This document shows positions 27,924 to 37,600 of a stretch of 64,000 nt of DNA, piece after piece. The notes beneath the pieces were generated by a model. It was not told where the DNA came from. It made no database searches and saw only the letters and a program-made list of their open reading frames with translations. Location: assembly GCA_965231005.1 (NCBI GenBank), contig OZ246405.1, positions 295,204 to 359,203 of the forward strand, in the 5' to 3' direction. A program made the translations under genes and the position numbers. This stretch comes from an uncultured Gammaproteobacteria bacterium (GTDB lineage: Bacteria > Patescibacteriota > Patescibacteriia > Magasanikbacterales > UBA922). Every line of letters begins with the position of its first letter. Positions within the stretch are counted from its first letter, which is position 1.

Positions 27924-28316
27924 CTATTTTTTTATTTCAGATTTCAATTGATTTATTATCCAGTATATGGATGCATAAAGGAGTGCAGCAAAGAAAAGTC
28001 GTGAAATCAATCCAAGCTCTCCCAGGTCTCCACATTTGTAAAAAAATGTTTGAAAAAATTCTGAAGAACAACTTCTTGTAGCTCTATCAATCAAGATGAA
28101 AATAAAACCAACTGCTATATGATAAAGAATATAAGGAGCAAAGAAAACATAAAAAATTCCTTGGCCAATTATATCAAGCGTAGGATTGTCTGTAATTATA
28201 TTCAAGAAAAATAATTGCCAAACTAACTCAGAAATAATTAATATAGGGATAAGTCCTATCCAAAATATTTTTTTATTAAAAATTGTTTTTTGTTGATTTT
28301 TCATTTTAGATTTCAT
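27924..28316 (-). CDS. hypothetical membrane protein
   Basis: Three or four TM helices. The start was adjusted to avoid overlap with the upstream gene. Confidence 0.4.
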   Translation of the reverse strand: MKSKMKNQQKTIFNKKIFWIGLIPILIISELVWQLFFLNIITDNPTLDIIGQGIFYVFFAPYILYHIAVGFIFILIDRATRSCSSEFFQTFFYKCGDLGELGLISRLFFAALLYASIYWIINQLKSEIKK

Positions 28317-28965
28317 TATAAGGATCTCCCCACGCATCTTTGTATTGTTTATAAAAATTACTGTCAATTAAGGCTTCTCCATTTCCTAAATATGCATTGT
28401 CTAGCCACATGTCCAAAAATTTTTTTCCAAATTTTTTTGCTCCATCAAGACAAATTTTTAAATAAGATTCATTTGGGAAATGGTCGTCTCTTATAAGGTG
28501 TCCAAATTCTTTACAACTTTTGTCTCCAATAAGTATGTATGCCTTTCCTTTTATTTCAGAATGTTCAAATCCAACATATTCAACTTCTTGTACATCGTAT
28601 CCTGCTTCGTGTTTTACAAAATCATCAATGTCTTTTTCATATAGCGGATTAATGATTCCGTTTACTACATCGCTGTCATTTCCAGTAAATACTACATTAA
28701 GACTTGCATCATGATTTTCATATTTTGATTTTTTGTATTTTCCTGTTTCAAATTCCCAATCAAAAAAGCCATAATTAAATATTCTTTTAAACCCCTTTGC
28801 GACAACAACATTATTTTTGCCAAGTCTACCATGTCTTCTTTTGATTTCATCTGGGTTAACAAGAGAGCCATAGCAAAAGAAAAAGACCTTTCCATTTGTC
28901 TTTGCTTTCTTTTTTATTATATCCACCCAGTCAGGCCAGCTGTACAATATTTTTTTTCTTTGCAT
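28306..28965 (-). CDS. gamma-glutamyl cyclotransferase (GGCT/AIG2)-like protein
   Basis: FFFCYGSLVNPD matches the (Y/F)GSL motif near the N-terminus. The start is probably the internal Met at 28965. Confidence 0.5.
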   Translation of the reverse strand: MQRKKILYSWPDWVDIIKKKAKTNGKVFFFCYGSLVNPDEIKRRHGRLGKNNVVVAKGFKRIFNYGFFDWEFETGKYKKSKYENHDASLNVVFTGNDSDVVNGIINPLYEKDIDDFVKHEAGYDVQEVEYVGFEHSEIKGKAYILIGDKSCKEFGHLIRDDHFPNESYLKICLDGAKKFGKKFLDMWLDNAYLGNGEALIDSNFYKQYKDAWGDPYNEI

Positions 28966-29062
28966 ACAATCTACTCTACAGGATTCTGGTGTTTGTGTAA
29001 ATAAGAGATTTGACAAAGTGATACACTTATGATACACTTTTAATATATATAAATTTTATATT

Positions 29063-29284
29063 ATGCCAACCATGAAAAGACGTATAAATGTCACACTCCC
29101 AAAAACAATAGATGCTGTGTTAGAAAAAGTTGCCATGCGTGATGGTGTTCCGATTGCAACGAAGGCATTGGAGCTCCTTCGTACTGCTCTGGAAATAGAA
29201 GAGGATCAAGTGTGGGACAAACTTGCAAAGAGTCGAGATACAAAAGATGCAAAATTTGTTAGTCATGAAAAAGCTTGGCTATGA
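29063..29284 (+). CDS. ribbon-helix-helix type II antitoxin
   Basis: N-terminal RRINVTLPKTIDAVLE (an RHH beta-strand). It overlaps the toxin start by 10 nt. Confidence 0.6.
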   Translation: MPTMKRRINVTLPKTIDAVLEKVAMRDGVPIATKALELLRTALEIEEDQVWDKLAKSRDTKDAKFVSHEKAWL

Positions 29285-29556
29285 AATACCTCATTGCCTA
29301 TCACCAGGCAGTGGTGAAGGAGGACATTTCAAAATTAAGTAGTACTCATAGGAAGAGGATAAAAAAAGCAATTGAGGATAAGCTATTTGAACATCCAGAA
29401 GTTTTTGGGAAACCACTTAGAAAGTCTTTAAGAGGATATAGAAAATTGCGAGTTGGTGATTATAGAGTTATTTTTCGAATTGAGAAAAAAAGGGTAAAGA
29501 TATTTATTATCGAACATAGGAGAGTTGTCTATGAAGAAATCCACAAAAGATTGTGA
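29275..29556 (+). CDS. RelE/ParE family type II toxin
   Basis: LRVGDYRVIFRIEKKRVKIFIIEHR. Confidence 0.7.
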   Translation: MAMKYLIAYHQAVVKEDISKLSSTHRKRIKKAIEDKLFEHPEVFGKPLRKSLRGYRKLRVGDYRVIFRIEKKRVKIFIIEHRRVVYEEIHKRL

Positions 29557-29598
29557 TATGTAGTAGTTTTGATGTTTAGTATAATATGATTACAAAGT

Positions 29599-30180
29599 AT
29601 GAAACCAAATGAAATTCCTCTTAGACTCAGTCTTCTAAACGTCACACTTAAAGGACTGACTTTTGGTGCAAAAAATCCAAATGACCTTTCAGACGAGGAA
29701 ATTTTTGAGTTGTATAAAAAAGCACGTAAAGAAGTTGAACGACCATTTGATCAGCTAATGAAAGATGCAGAAGAAGAATTTGGTGAGAATGTTAAAACCC
29801 TTACCAATCACCAAGGGTATTACGCGGTATATAAAGAGGTTCCAACCAATTCGCTCCATTTTGATGAAAGCCATTCTCAACTTGAAGAATTCAGAGGTAC
29901 GTCTGTAAAGCGAGGCGAATTACTAGTTGGTTTTTATAGGAAACATAAAGATCATCCAGAGCTTAGAAAAAGTGTAGATTTTATTTCCAAACACATGGAA
30001 TTCTTCAATAAGTATGTTCCAATTATCGTGAGAAAGAACGGCGGTTCGTACGAAGTAGTAGAAGGAAATCACAGGGTTTTTGCAGCAATAGAAAATGGAG
30101 ATGAATTAATTCCTGCAATAATAGAAACTGAGGATAAACCAGAAGATCAATTGACTAGTCTTGATTTTGGAAAGATCTGA
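29599..30180 (+). CDS. ParB-like nuclease domain protein
   Basis: YEVVEGNHRVFAAIENGDELIPAII matches the ParB/Srx N-terminal domain consensus. Confidence 0.5.
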   Translation: MKPNEIPLRLSLLNVTLKGLTFGAKNPNDLSDEEIFELYKKARKEVERPFDQLMKDAEEEFGENVKTLTNHQGYYAVYKEVPTNSLHFDESHSQLEEFRGTSVKRGELLVGFYRKHKDHPELRKSVDFISKHMEFFNKYVPIIVRKNGGSYEVVEGNHRVFAAIENGDELIPAIIETEDKPEDQLTSLDFGKI

Positions 30181-30262
30181 TGAAGGTTTTTTTGATTTTA
30201 AAAACAGTCAGGCTTTTGGTCAGGCTGTTTTTTGTTTTAAAGATTGACCAAAGTAAATAAGT

Positions 30263-30649
30263 ATGATACATTTTTTATTACGCTCGGGAAAATTCTGCAA
30301 ACTTGTGCAGATGTATTCGAGTAAGGAGGTTCGCATGTTGGAATGGAACGGGATAAAAAGCTCACTATCACGTCCTGGGAAAGACAAGATGTCTTTTAGT
30401 CAAGTAATCGTTTCTGTCTTTGTGGTATTTGCGTTTTTATTTGCCCTCGTTGTCGGAGGAATCAATTTCGCGATATCAAAAATCATAGAAAAGGATCCAG
30501 CCGAGGCAGTGTATACCATGAGTTCAGAGACAAAAACAGTGGTCCTCACCATTGGTCCTGACCTGGTTGATCAGTGTAAAGACGTCCCAAAGGACGACTT
30601 GCCTGGTTGCATTCAAAAGGTCGTGGACAAAAAGAGAAAGAGCGACTGA
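30263..30649 (+). CDS. hypothetical small membrane protein
   Basis: One TM helix (VIVSVFVVFAFLFALVVGG). The start may be a later Met. Confidence 0.4.
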   Translation: MIHFLLRSGKFCKLVQMYSSKEVRMLEWNGIKSSLSRPGKDKMSFSQVIVSVFVVFAFLFALVVGGINFAISKIIEKDPAEAVYTMSSETKTVVLTIGPDLVDQCKDVPKDDLPGCIQKVVDKKRKSD

Positions 30650-30805
30650 CGATTCTTCGTTAAGGGCTCTTACGTTGTGCTACTAAGTATTTGTCTACTT
30701 AGGAGGAAGGGCTCGCATCACTCGAAAGAGAAGTATGTGGGCCCAGCGAAACAAATTTTTTCTGATAATCATCACCAAGTTTGGTGTTTTTTTATCTCTG
30801 TATTA

Positions 30806-31102
30806 CTAATTGTAACTTTGTTCAAGTTCATCCAACAGCTCTACCAGCTCAGCAACCATGTCCGGATTAATTTTTCCTTCTTGTGCCCAGCTTGCAGCAT
30901 GAACCACTAAGTCTGGAGTATCAAGTCCGAGAAATTTTTTGCTCGGAATAGGGCTATTTTCCAAAATAGCAATGATTCTGCTCACTTTCGCCTTGTTTGC
31001 GTTTGTGTCTTGAGTGGTGAGCGGCTTCTTCTCGCTTATTTCGTATCCTGGATGTGATATTTTTTTTGTAAAAGTATTTTCCCAGGAGCTTTTTTCTGAC
31101 AT
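30806..31102 (-). CDS. hypothetical protein
   Basis: 98-aa ORF with no recognisable domain. Confidence 0.4.
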   Translation of the reverse strand: MSEKSSWENTFTKKISHPGYEISEKKPLTTQDTNANKAKVSRIIAILENSPIPSKKFLGLDTPDLVVHAASWAQEGKINPDMVAELVELLDELEQSYN

Positions 31103-31281
31103 ATGAGGATTTACATTATTATATAACTACATTATACATGGTAGCTAAAAAAACAACGCTCTACAAGGCGTTGTTTCGTTTACGCGGTGGCTAGGGGAGG
31201 ACTTTAGGACTGTGGAACCTTGAACTATTGCATTTTTTTATGTACAATTCTATTTGAATCCTTTTCTCACTTGGAGGTGTC

Positions 31282-31593
31282 ATGAACAAGAGTGAAAAGA
31301 TTGCAAAACTTGCACGACATGAGATTGGGTGGTGGAAAGCCCATCACAGAAGGCAAAAAGATCTATTTGTTCTCGAGATGACCTATCTTTATGTCTTGCA
31401 GTTTGGCATCGATGAGGATGCTGCGAGACAAGCAGTACTTTTCCGTGCTGAGGCGGCAGACTATCACGATGAGGCTGAGAAGTACGAGGACGCGGGGGAC
31501 CAGTCGCAGGCAGACGTCTATTGGCGCAGAGCTGAAGAAAGTCTTCTCAAGCACTTCGCAATTTTGGAGGAACACAACACCGACAGCGAATAG
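31282..31593 (+). CDS. hypothetical protein, GC-richer island gene
   Basis: RBS GGAGGTG 4 nt before the ATG. A terminator follows at 31651-31681. Confidence 0.5.
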   Translation: MNKSEKIAKLARHEIGWWKAHHRRQKDLFVLEMTYLYVLQFGIDEDAARQAVLFRAEAADYHDEAEKYEDAGDQSQADVYWRRAEESLLKHFAILEEHNTDSE

Positions 31594-31812
31594 TCGGAAT
31601 ACCCGAACGGTGCTCACGGCAAGTTCGGGAGCATCAAAAGAACATCTTAGAAAGGTGTTTTTTTGATATAAAAAACACCCCGACCAGGCAGGCGCCCCCT
31701 CCTTCGCTCATCTCTATGCTCGCTACGCTTCGCATCGGTGAGCTTCGGCGGGCAGGCGCAATCGAACTAGAGTAAAACAAAGACTCCCCTTAGGGGAGTT
31801 TTTATTTTGGAG

Positions 31813-31918
31813 CGTGCCACGAGATGGCGCCCATTGGAATATTGTCGCACGTGGCCACGTAAAATGACCTTCGGTCATCACGTGGCTCACTCAAAATGGC
31901 TCGCGCCATTTTTCGTGG
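31813..31918 (+). ncRNA. conserved structured element A, copy 2
   Basis: Same architecture as 781-887. The inner hairpin is ATGACC-TTCG-GGTCAT, against GGCAC-TTCG-TGCC in copy 1, so the changes are compensatory. It directly follows a terminator at 31770-31800. Confidence 0.35.
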
Positions 31919-31950
31919 AGCGGACCTGCCTGCCGGCAGGCAGGCGACCC
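31916..31950 (-). repeat. element B copy 2: tRNA-Gly(UCC) acceptor-3'-end-plus-CCA-like fragment fused to the same 20-bp palindrome
   Basis: The reverse complement reads CCTGCCTGCCGGCAGGCAGG-TCCGCTCCA. GTCCGCT matches the 3' acceptor strand of the adjacent tRNA-Gly(UCC). The palindrome lies at 31925-31944. Confidence 0.5.
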
Positions 31951-32024
31951 TGCCTACGCTTTCAGCTCCGGCAGGTAAACTCCATCTCAGCAAGTTCAAT
32001 TCCTTGCCCGTCAGGCCCAAACTA

Positions 32025-32052
32025 AAAATCGCCCACCCTTTCGGGTGAACGA
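32025..32052 (-). terminator. terminator of tRNA-Gly(UCC)
   Basis: Minus strand reads CACCC-gaaa-GGGTG, then GGCGATTTTT. Confidence 0.5.
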
Positions 32053-32062
32053 TTTTCAGTAG

Positions 32063-32133
32063 AGCGGACGACCGGAATCGAACCGGCGTCATTGGCTTGG
32101 AAGGCCAAGGTAATACCATTATACCACGTCCGC
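32063..32133 (-). tRNA. tRNA-Gly (UCC)
   Basis: GCGGACGTGGTATAATGGTA...anticodon loop CTTCCAA...GGTTCGATTCC...CGTCCGCT. Confidence 0.9.
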
Positions 32134-32174
32134 GTTTGTGGGAACGTACGTTCAATCTACGTTCTGGCTGCATT

Positions 32175-32203
32175 AGTATAGTGCTTTTTCTTTTTTTTGT
32201 CAA
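32175..32203 (-). promoter_or_regulatory. sigma-70 promoter of tRNA-Gly(UCC)
   Basis: Minus strand reads TTGACA, a 17-nt spacer, then TATACT. Confidence 0.55.
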
Positions 32204-32284
32204 TATCTATTGTTGTGGCCCTATGCTTGCCAAAACTGGAATTCTTTGCTAAAGTTAAAGGAGTTTTATTTTTTATAATTTATT

Positions 32285-33031
32285 ATGCCAGAGAAGAAGA
32301 AGATTTTTGTTATCCAATTTCGAACAGACGAAACACTAGAACAAGATAAAAAATGTATTATAGAATCTTTAGAAGGAATTGATGTTGACATCATTTTTAC
32401 AAATGGTGCACTTGGAGAATTTCCAGAACATCCTGAAAAAGCTGCTGCTGTTATTTATGGTGGAAGTAGTGAGTTTTTTGTTGGTCGTGGTGAAAAAACA
32501 GATGCTTGGGTGCCAAAAGCACATACTTATTTAGACGAACTTGCAGAAAAAGATATCCCAGTTATTGGACTTTGTTATGGAGCACAATTTATTGGAGAAC
32601 ATTTTGGTGGACGCATAACAGAAGAAGAAAAATATCAAGAAGTCGGAACTTATGAACTCACACTTACTGACGCAGCAAAAGACGATCCTGTTTTTTCTTC
32701 TGTCCCAGAAAAGTTTATGATGGTGACTGGCCACAAAGAAACAGTTGTCGATCTTCCAGAAAATCTTATTGTCCTTGGTAGCACAGAAAGAGTCGAATCT
32801 CACGCGTTACGTGTAAAAGGAAAAAAGATCTGGGCAACACTGTATCATCCAGAAATTAATAAGAGACAACTTATTGAACGTCTTACTTCTCATCCAGAAT
32901 ATTTGGATGATCCATCTGAACTTGCAAAACTCAATGATAGGTTTGCAGATGTTCCAGAAGCAGTAACAGCATTGCGGTCGTTTACCAAATATGCAATGGA
33001 GGATTTTGACAAAAAATATCCTACATCATAA
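32285..33031 (+). CDS. class I glutamine amidotransferase-like protein (paralog of 17401..18090)
   Basis: GLCYGAQFIGEHFGG...YHPE. Confidence 0.7.
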   Translation: MPEKKKIFVIQFRTDETLEQDKKCIIESLEGIDVDIIFTNGALGEFPEHPEKAAAVIYGGSSEFFVGRGEKTDAWVPKAHTYLDELAEKDIPVIGLCYGAQFIGEHFGGRITEEEKYQEVGTYELTLTDAAKDDPVFSSVPEKFMMVTGHKETVVDLPENLIVLGSTERVESHALRVKGKKIWATLYHPEINKRQLIERLTSHPEYLDDPSELAKLNDRFADVPEAVTALRSFTKYAMEDFDKKYPTS

Positions 33032-33036
33032 CAGAT

Positions 33037-34194
33037 ATGAATGTACAAAAAAGTCAGGAGCGAACAGATGAAATTTTAGATCTTGCAAAAAAACTCATCT
33101 CGTTTAAAAGTACAGAAAAAAATAAACAAGGATTAAAAGAATGTGCTGATTTTGTTGCAGATTATTTTAAAGGTACTTCCTTTTCTGTTGAACGTTTTGA
33201 ATGCAAAGAAATTCCTTCTGTTGTTATTACAAAAAATACAAAAACGCCAACTGTTTTTCTTTACGCACATCTTGATGTTGTAGATGCAGAAGAAACGCAA
33301 TACAATGCGTATATTGAAGATGGAAAATTATATGGTAGAGGTTCCATGGATATGAAAACACCCTTGGCAATTTTTATGGTACTCATGAAAGAGTTGGAAA
33401 AGACAGGTCATGACGTTGGACTTATGGTTGTGGGAGATGAAGAACGTGGTGGATTTCGAAGTACTGAACAAGTGTTGAATGCAGGGTATGACTGTAAGGT
33501 TGTTCTTATGCCAGATGGGGGAGAAAAAGTTGGGAGAATTGTTAGAAAGGAAAAAGGACTTACACGACTAATGTTTAAAGCAAAGGGAAAATCATCACAC
33601 GGTTCAAAAGTTTGGAAAGGAAAAAATGCGATTGATTTTCTTTATTCCACTTTGCAAGAAATCAAAACACTTTTCTTGCCAATTGAAGACCATCCAGAAG
33701 ATCATTGGGCAGCTACCATGAATATTGGATTATTTAATGGTGGGACAGACTACAATAAAGTTCCCAAATATGCGACGGCAGAGGTCGATGTGCGCTTTAC
33801 TGAAAAAGAAAACTCAAAAGAGTTAGTTGAGCAAATTCGATCAATGCTCCCAGAGGGAGTAACAATGGAAGAACAATTTATGGCATGTGGGTATGTTCTT
33901 CCAGAAGATAGTGAGTTTGTAAAAACATTTATAGAAACATTGGGTGAGGTAGGCCGCATTCATGAGTATTATGATACACATGGAAGTTCAGATGCAAAGT
34001 TTTTTTACAAAAGACATATTCCTGTTATTATGACACAGCCAGACGGACTAAATCTGCATGGTCCAGATGAATGGGTAGATATTAATTCAGTTGAAGATTA
34101 TGATTTTTTAGTTCGTTTATATATTGAAAGAGTTGCGTCGTCTTCTGCAGAGCATGTTCCGATTAATACAGAGGAAATTGTAGGAGTTGCATAA
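33037..34194 (+). CDS. M20 family metallopeptidase (ArgE/DapE-like)
   Basis: Motifs HLDVVD, GRGSMDMK, GDEERGG, HGS. Confidence 0.8.
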   Translation: MNVQKSQERTDEILDLAKKLISFKSTEKNKQGLKECADFVADYFKGTSFSVERFECKEIPSVVITKNTKTPTVFLYAHLDVVDAEETQYNAYIEDGKLYGRGSMDMKTPLAIFMVLMKELEKTGHDVGLMVVGDEERGGFRSTEQVLNAGYDCKVVLMPDGGEKVGRIVRKEKGLTRLMFKAKGKSSHGSKVWKGKNAIDFLYSTLQEIKTLFLPIEDHPEDHWAATMNIGLFNGGTDYNKVPKYATAEVDVRFTEKENSKELVEQIRSMLPEGVTMEEQFMACGYVLPEDSEFVKTFIETLGEVGRIHEYYDTHGSSDAKFFYKRHIPVIMTQPDGLNLHGPDEWVDINSVEDYDFLVRLYIERVASSSAEHVPINTEEIVGVA

Positions 34195-34406
34195 ATTTTG
34201 ATTTCTTGATAGAGTATTACCGTATGAAATACAGACATCAAAACAACCGATTTTTCTTCTTTTACTTTCACCCCCGTTTGAGTGGTCTTGTATAGTGCGC
34301 AAAAAAGTATTATCATCAACCACTCAAAGGTGGTTGTTTTTTTTCGGGATCAATGTTGACGGGAGCATACATTGGTTCCGAATAATTCGGGCCTAAAGGG
34401 GGTTTC

Positions 34407-35714
34407 ATGAACAAGACACTGTACATTCACAACGCACGACGAGCACTTCCTTGGTTTACGTTTCCAGGGATTCATTTTTACCCAGATCGCACGCTGTCTC
34501 TCGACGAGGGGCAAACGGTTCTCAGTACTGGTCTCGAAGATGGAGTGGCTCGCGGTCAGTTTGCCTACTACCGAAGCATTGGGATCGGTCCAGATCACAT
34601 CATCGAGGTGCCTGCGCATCGTTTTGATGGTGATTTGTACCAGGCAGTTCTCAACACGCCAGGTGCTGTCCGGCATGTGCGGCGGCTCGTGTTTGACCAG
34701 GGATTCAAGATTCAGTTTTTCTGTACAAGAATGCCAGTCATTGGCGAGGCAGCAGATCTGACCACTGGTTTCGAAGAAAGCTTCATTCGTGATCTTGGTA
34801 TGGTCTGGGACGAGCATGTTCTGTCCTTGCCAAGCCAGATCGCTGACATAGGGAACAGCAAAGCTGCTGTTCGTCGCATCGCAACAAGCGACTTGAACGG
34901 AAGCAGTCAATTTCTGCCACACAAGATCTCCAAGACAGGCATCGGCCTTGTCCAGGCTGCGTGGGAGATGAAAAAAGAACATGGTCGCATCATCGTCAAG
35001 CTGCCAAACTGGGCTTCTTGCCTGGGCATGGTTGCCAATCCTTCTCCGGCTGAACTCGCTCGGTTCATGTGGCATCACCGTTCACGACTCTCTGACGTCA
35101 TTGTCGAGCCGTGGATGGGTGCAGACCATGTTGCCATGTCAGTCCTCGTCCGATACGAAAACGGATACGAGGTTGATCGATGGCATACTGAGCAGCTCTG
35201 TGAGTCCCATGAAGATGGAACGATCTCGCTGAACGGAAATGTGCTTTCGCCCAACCTCGAGAACGTGACAAAAGAAGACATCGACTGGCTGAACAAGTCG
35301 GCCGATGCAATGAACGCTCGAATTCTGGCTCGGAAGTCAAACCTGACTGGACTCATCTGCTGGGACGGGCTTCGGGATTCAGACGGTGAGCGATGGCTGC
35401 TCGAAGGAAACGCTCGCGAGACCTTTACCAGCTATGTCCGTTCAATGCAGCGGGCGCTTTCAAGACAGATTGGGTACATCCCGACCTGCCTGCTCTACAA
35501 GGTGCACCCAAAGAACATCCTGTCGTTCAGTGAGATCAAAAGACGGCTCGACTCTGATTTGTATGGTCCGATCAGGCGATGCGGTGTGATTCCAATGATG
35601 ATTCGTTGCCAGCTCGGTGCAGGCCAGCCTTACTTCTACTGCGTTGCAGTGGGCAAGTCAGTCCAGCATGCAAGTGCCATCATGGGCCGTGCAAAGATCG
35701 TGCTCGAAAAGTGA
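34407..35714 (+). CDS. hypothetical protein, possibly ATP-grasp-like; GC-rich island gene
   Basis: RBS AAGGGGG. The C-terminal ERWLLEGNAR resembles the ATP-grasp E-x-N motif. No other recognisable motif. Confidence 0.4.
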   Translation: MNKTLYIHNARRALPWFTFPGIHFYPDRTLSLDEGQTVLSTGLEDGVARGQFAYYRSIGIGPDHIIEVPAHRFDGDLYQAVLNTPGAVRHVRRLVFDQGFKIQFFCTRMPVIGEAADLTTGFEESFIRDLGMVWDEHVLSLPSQIADIGNSKAAVRRIATSDLNGSSQFLPHKISKTGIGLVQAAWEMKKEHGRIIVKLPNWASCLGMVANPSPAELARFMWHHRSRLSDVIVEPWMGADHVAMSVLVRYENGYEVDRWHTEQLCESHEDGTISLNGNVLSPNLENVTKEDIDWLNKSADAMNARILARKSNLTGLICWDGLRDSDGERWLLEGNARETFTSYVRSMQRALSRQIGYIPTCLLYKVHPKNILSFSEIKRRLDSDLYGPIRRCGVIPMMIRCQLGAGQPYFYCVAVGKSVQHASAIMGRAKIVLEK

Positions 35715-35743
35715 GTACAGAAACCTACAAGGGGGTGAGTCGG

Positions 35744-35767
35744 ATGTCTTCATGGCGTCCGGCATAA
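35744..35767 (+). CDS. 7-codon mini-ORF (MSSWRPA) behind a copy of the ACAAGGGGGTG motif
   Basis: Motif at 35727-35737, ATG at 35744, stop TAA. It lies immediately upstream of epmA. Confidence 0.15.
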   Translation: MSSWRPA

Positions 35768-35801
35768 CCTTATTACCACAATAATTTGTGATAATAAGAT
35801 T

Positions 35802-36803
35802 ATGAGTCAGGTTCATCATATTGAAAAAAATAAAGATCTTTTAGAAATGCGAGCGAACATTATTCGTCTTATCCGCAAATTTTTTTGGTTAAAAAATTTT
35901 ATTGAAATCGACAGTCCATCACTGGTCAAACTTCCAGGACAAGAACCGTACTTATCTCCAATGAAACTTGAGATTCATAATGAACGCGGAGACAATCATC
36001 CAGTTTATCTTCACACCTCTCCAGAATATGCAATGAAAAAAAGTTTAGCAGCAGGGTTTGAAAATATTTTTTATTTGGGAAAATGTTTTCGAGATTATGA
36101 AAGTTTTGGAGGATTACATAGTCCAGAATTCACTATGCTTGAGTGGTATAGAAAAGATAAAGACATGGAAAGTATTATGGATGATTGTGAGTCATTGTTC
36201 ACGCATGTTGTTACTGGCCTTTCTAATCAAATTAATAGTAAAGAATACTACGACACATGGGAGCGAATGCACATGAAAGACATTTGGAAAAAGTATGTTG
36301 CTGTTGATTTGGATGAATACTTAAATAAAGAATCATTGAAAGAACTTTGCAGAGAAAAAGGATTTCAGGTAGAAGATGATGAAGCCTACGAAGACTTGTT
36401 TTATAGAATTTTTCTCAATCTCATAGAACCACATCTTGGAAAAGACAAGCCAACCATTATCCATCACTACCCAGCGCAAATGGCAGCACTTGCAAAACTT
36501 GATGACAACGATTCTCGCTATGCTGAACGATTTGAAATATATATAAAGGGTGTTGAACTTGCCAATGCCTTTTCAGAGCTTTGTGATCCAATTGAACAGA
36601 GAAAAAGATTAGAAGAAGAGCGTTTGCAACGGCAAAAACTTGGAAAAGAAATATATAGTATCGATGAGGAATTTGTGCAAGCACTTGAACATATTGATTC
36701 TGCAGCAGGCATTGCGCTGGGCGTTGATCGTATGGTTCAAGTACTTACTGGTTGCAAAGACATTACTGATGTGATACTGTTGCCAATGAAAAAGAACAAA
36801 TAA
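35802..36803 (+). CDS. epmA: EF-P lysine-34 lysyltransferase (truncated LysRS paralog, EpmA/PoxA/GenX)
   Basis: Class II aaRS catalytic-core motifs, with no anticodon-binding domain. Adjacent to efp. Confidence 0.8.
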   Translation: MSQVHHIEKNKDLLEMRANIIRLIRKFFWLKNFIEIDSPSLVKLPGQEPYLSPMKLEIHNERGDNHPVYLHTSPEYAMKKSLAAGFENIFYLGKCFRDYESFGGLHSPEFTMLEWYRKDKDMESIMDDCESLFTHVVTGLSNQINSKEYYDTWERMHMKDIWKKYVAVDLDEYLNKESLKELCREKGFQVEDDEAYEDLFYRIFLNLIEPHLGKDKPTIIHHYPAQMAALAKLDDNDSRYAERFEIYIKGVELANAFSELCDPIEQRKRLEEERLQRQKLGKEIYSIDEEFVQALEHIDSAAGIALGVDRMVQVLTGCKDITDVILLPMKKNK

Positions 36804-36936
36804 TAAGAAACAAAAAATAAGCATTATCTTGGTGCGTGATTAGAGTAAAATTACTTTGATCAATTGAGAGTCGAATATAATTCGACCGTTTTCCAAAGTT
36901 TGTTAATTGTTTTTTGTTAATTGTTAATTGTTTAGT

Positions 36937-37503
36937 ATGGCCGAGACATCAGAAATTAAAAAAGGTGCAGTTATTCGACATCAAAATGATTTGTATGTTG
37001 TTGTTGATTTCAATTTTGTAAATCCAGGAAAAGGATCTGCATTTACAAAAACAAAAATGAAAAGTATTTCGACAGGAAAGAATATTGAAATTACATACAA
37101 AAGTGGTGAAAACGTGGATATTGTTCAAGTCAAAAGACAAACAATGCAGTATTTGTATGAAAATGGTGGGGTGTATTCCTTTATGAATAAGGAGACATTT
37201 GAAACAGTAGAAGCAAACCAAGATATTGTTGGGGATGATGGTAAATATTTAAAAGAAGGATTAGATATCATTGCCATCCTTCATGAAGGAAATTTGGTTG
37301 CAATTCAATTGCCAAAAAAGATTCAATATAGTGTTACACAGGCAGAACCAGCAGTGAAGGGTGATACAGCAAGTGGAAATGTGACAAAGGCAGTGACATT
37401 ACACAATGGTCTAGAAGTTCAAGTACCTATTTTTATCAAAGAAGGTGAGGAAATTCTCATTAATACAGACAAGGGTGATTATGGAGGACGGGTGAGTGAA
37501 TAA
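36937..37503 (+). CDS. efp: elongation factor P
   Basis: KOW, OB and OB domains. Loop NPGKGSA carries the conserved Lys target. A terminator follows at 37522-37546. Confidence 0.9.
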   Translation: MAETSEIKKGAVIRHQNDLYVVVDFNFVNPGKGSAFTKTKMKSISTGKNIEITYKSGENVDIVQVKRQTMQYLYENGGVYSFMNKETFETVEANQDIVGDDGKYLKEGLDIIAILHEGNLVAIQLPKKIQYSVTQAEPAVKGDTASGNVTKAVTLHNGLEVQVPIFIKEGEEILINTDKGDYGGRVSE

Positions 37504-37600
37504 TCAGGTTGATTTTTAAAAAACCGCTTAACAGCGGTTTTTAATATTGATTTAATACCGAAAGTCTGCTAGTGTGGTTTTACAGAACCTGGAGGTCACT

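Noticed and set aside
34350-35078. 242-aa minus-strand ORF
   Set aside because: It is antisense to the RBS-equipped plus-strand gene 34407..35714.
36900-36935. gttaattgtt x3 tandem repeat and the TAATAG repeats, considered as a CRISPR array
   Set aside because: There are no regularly spaced 25-40 nt repeats with unique spacers anywhere in the window. These are short AT-rich promoter or UTR repeats.
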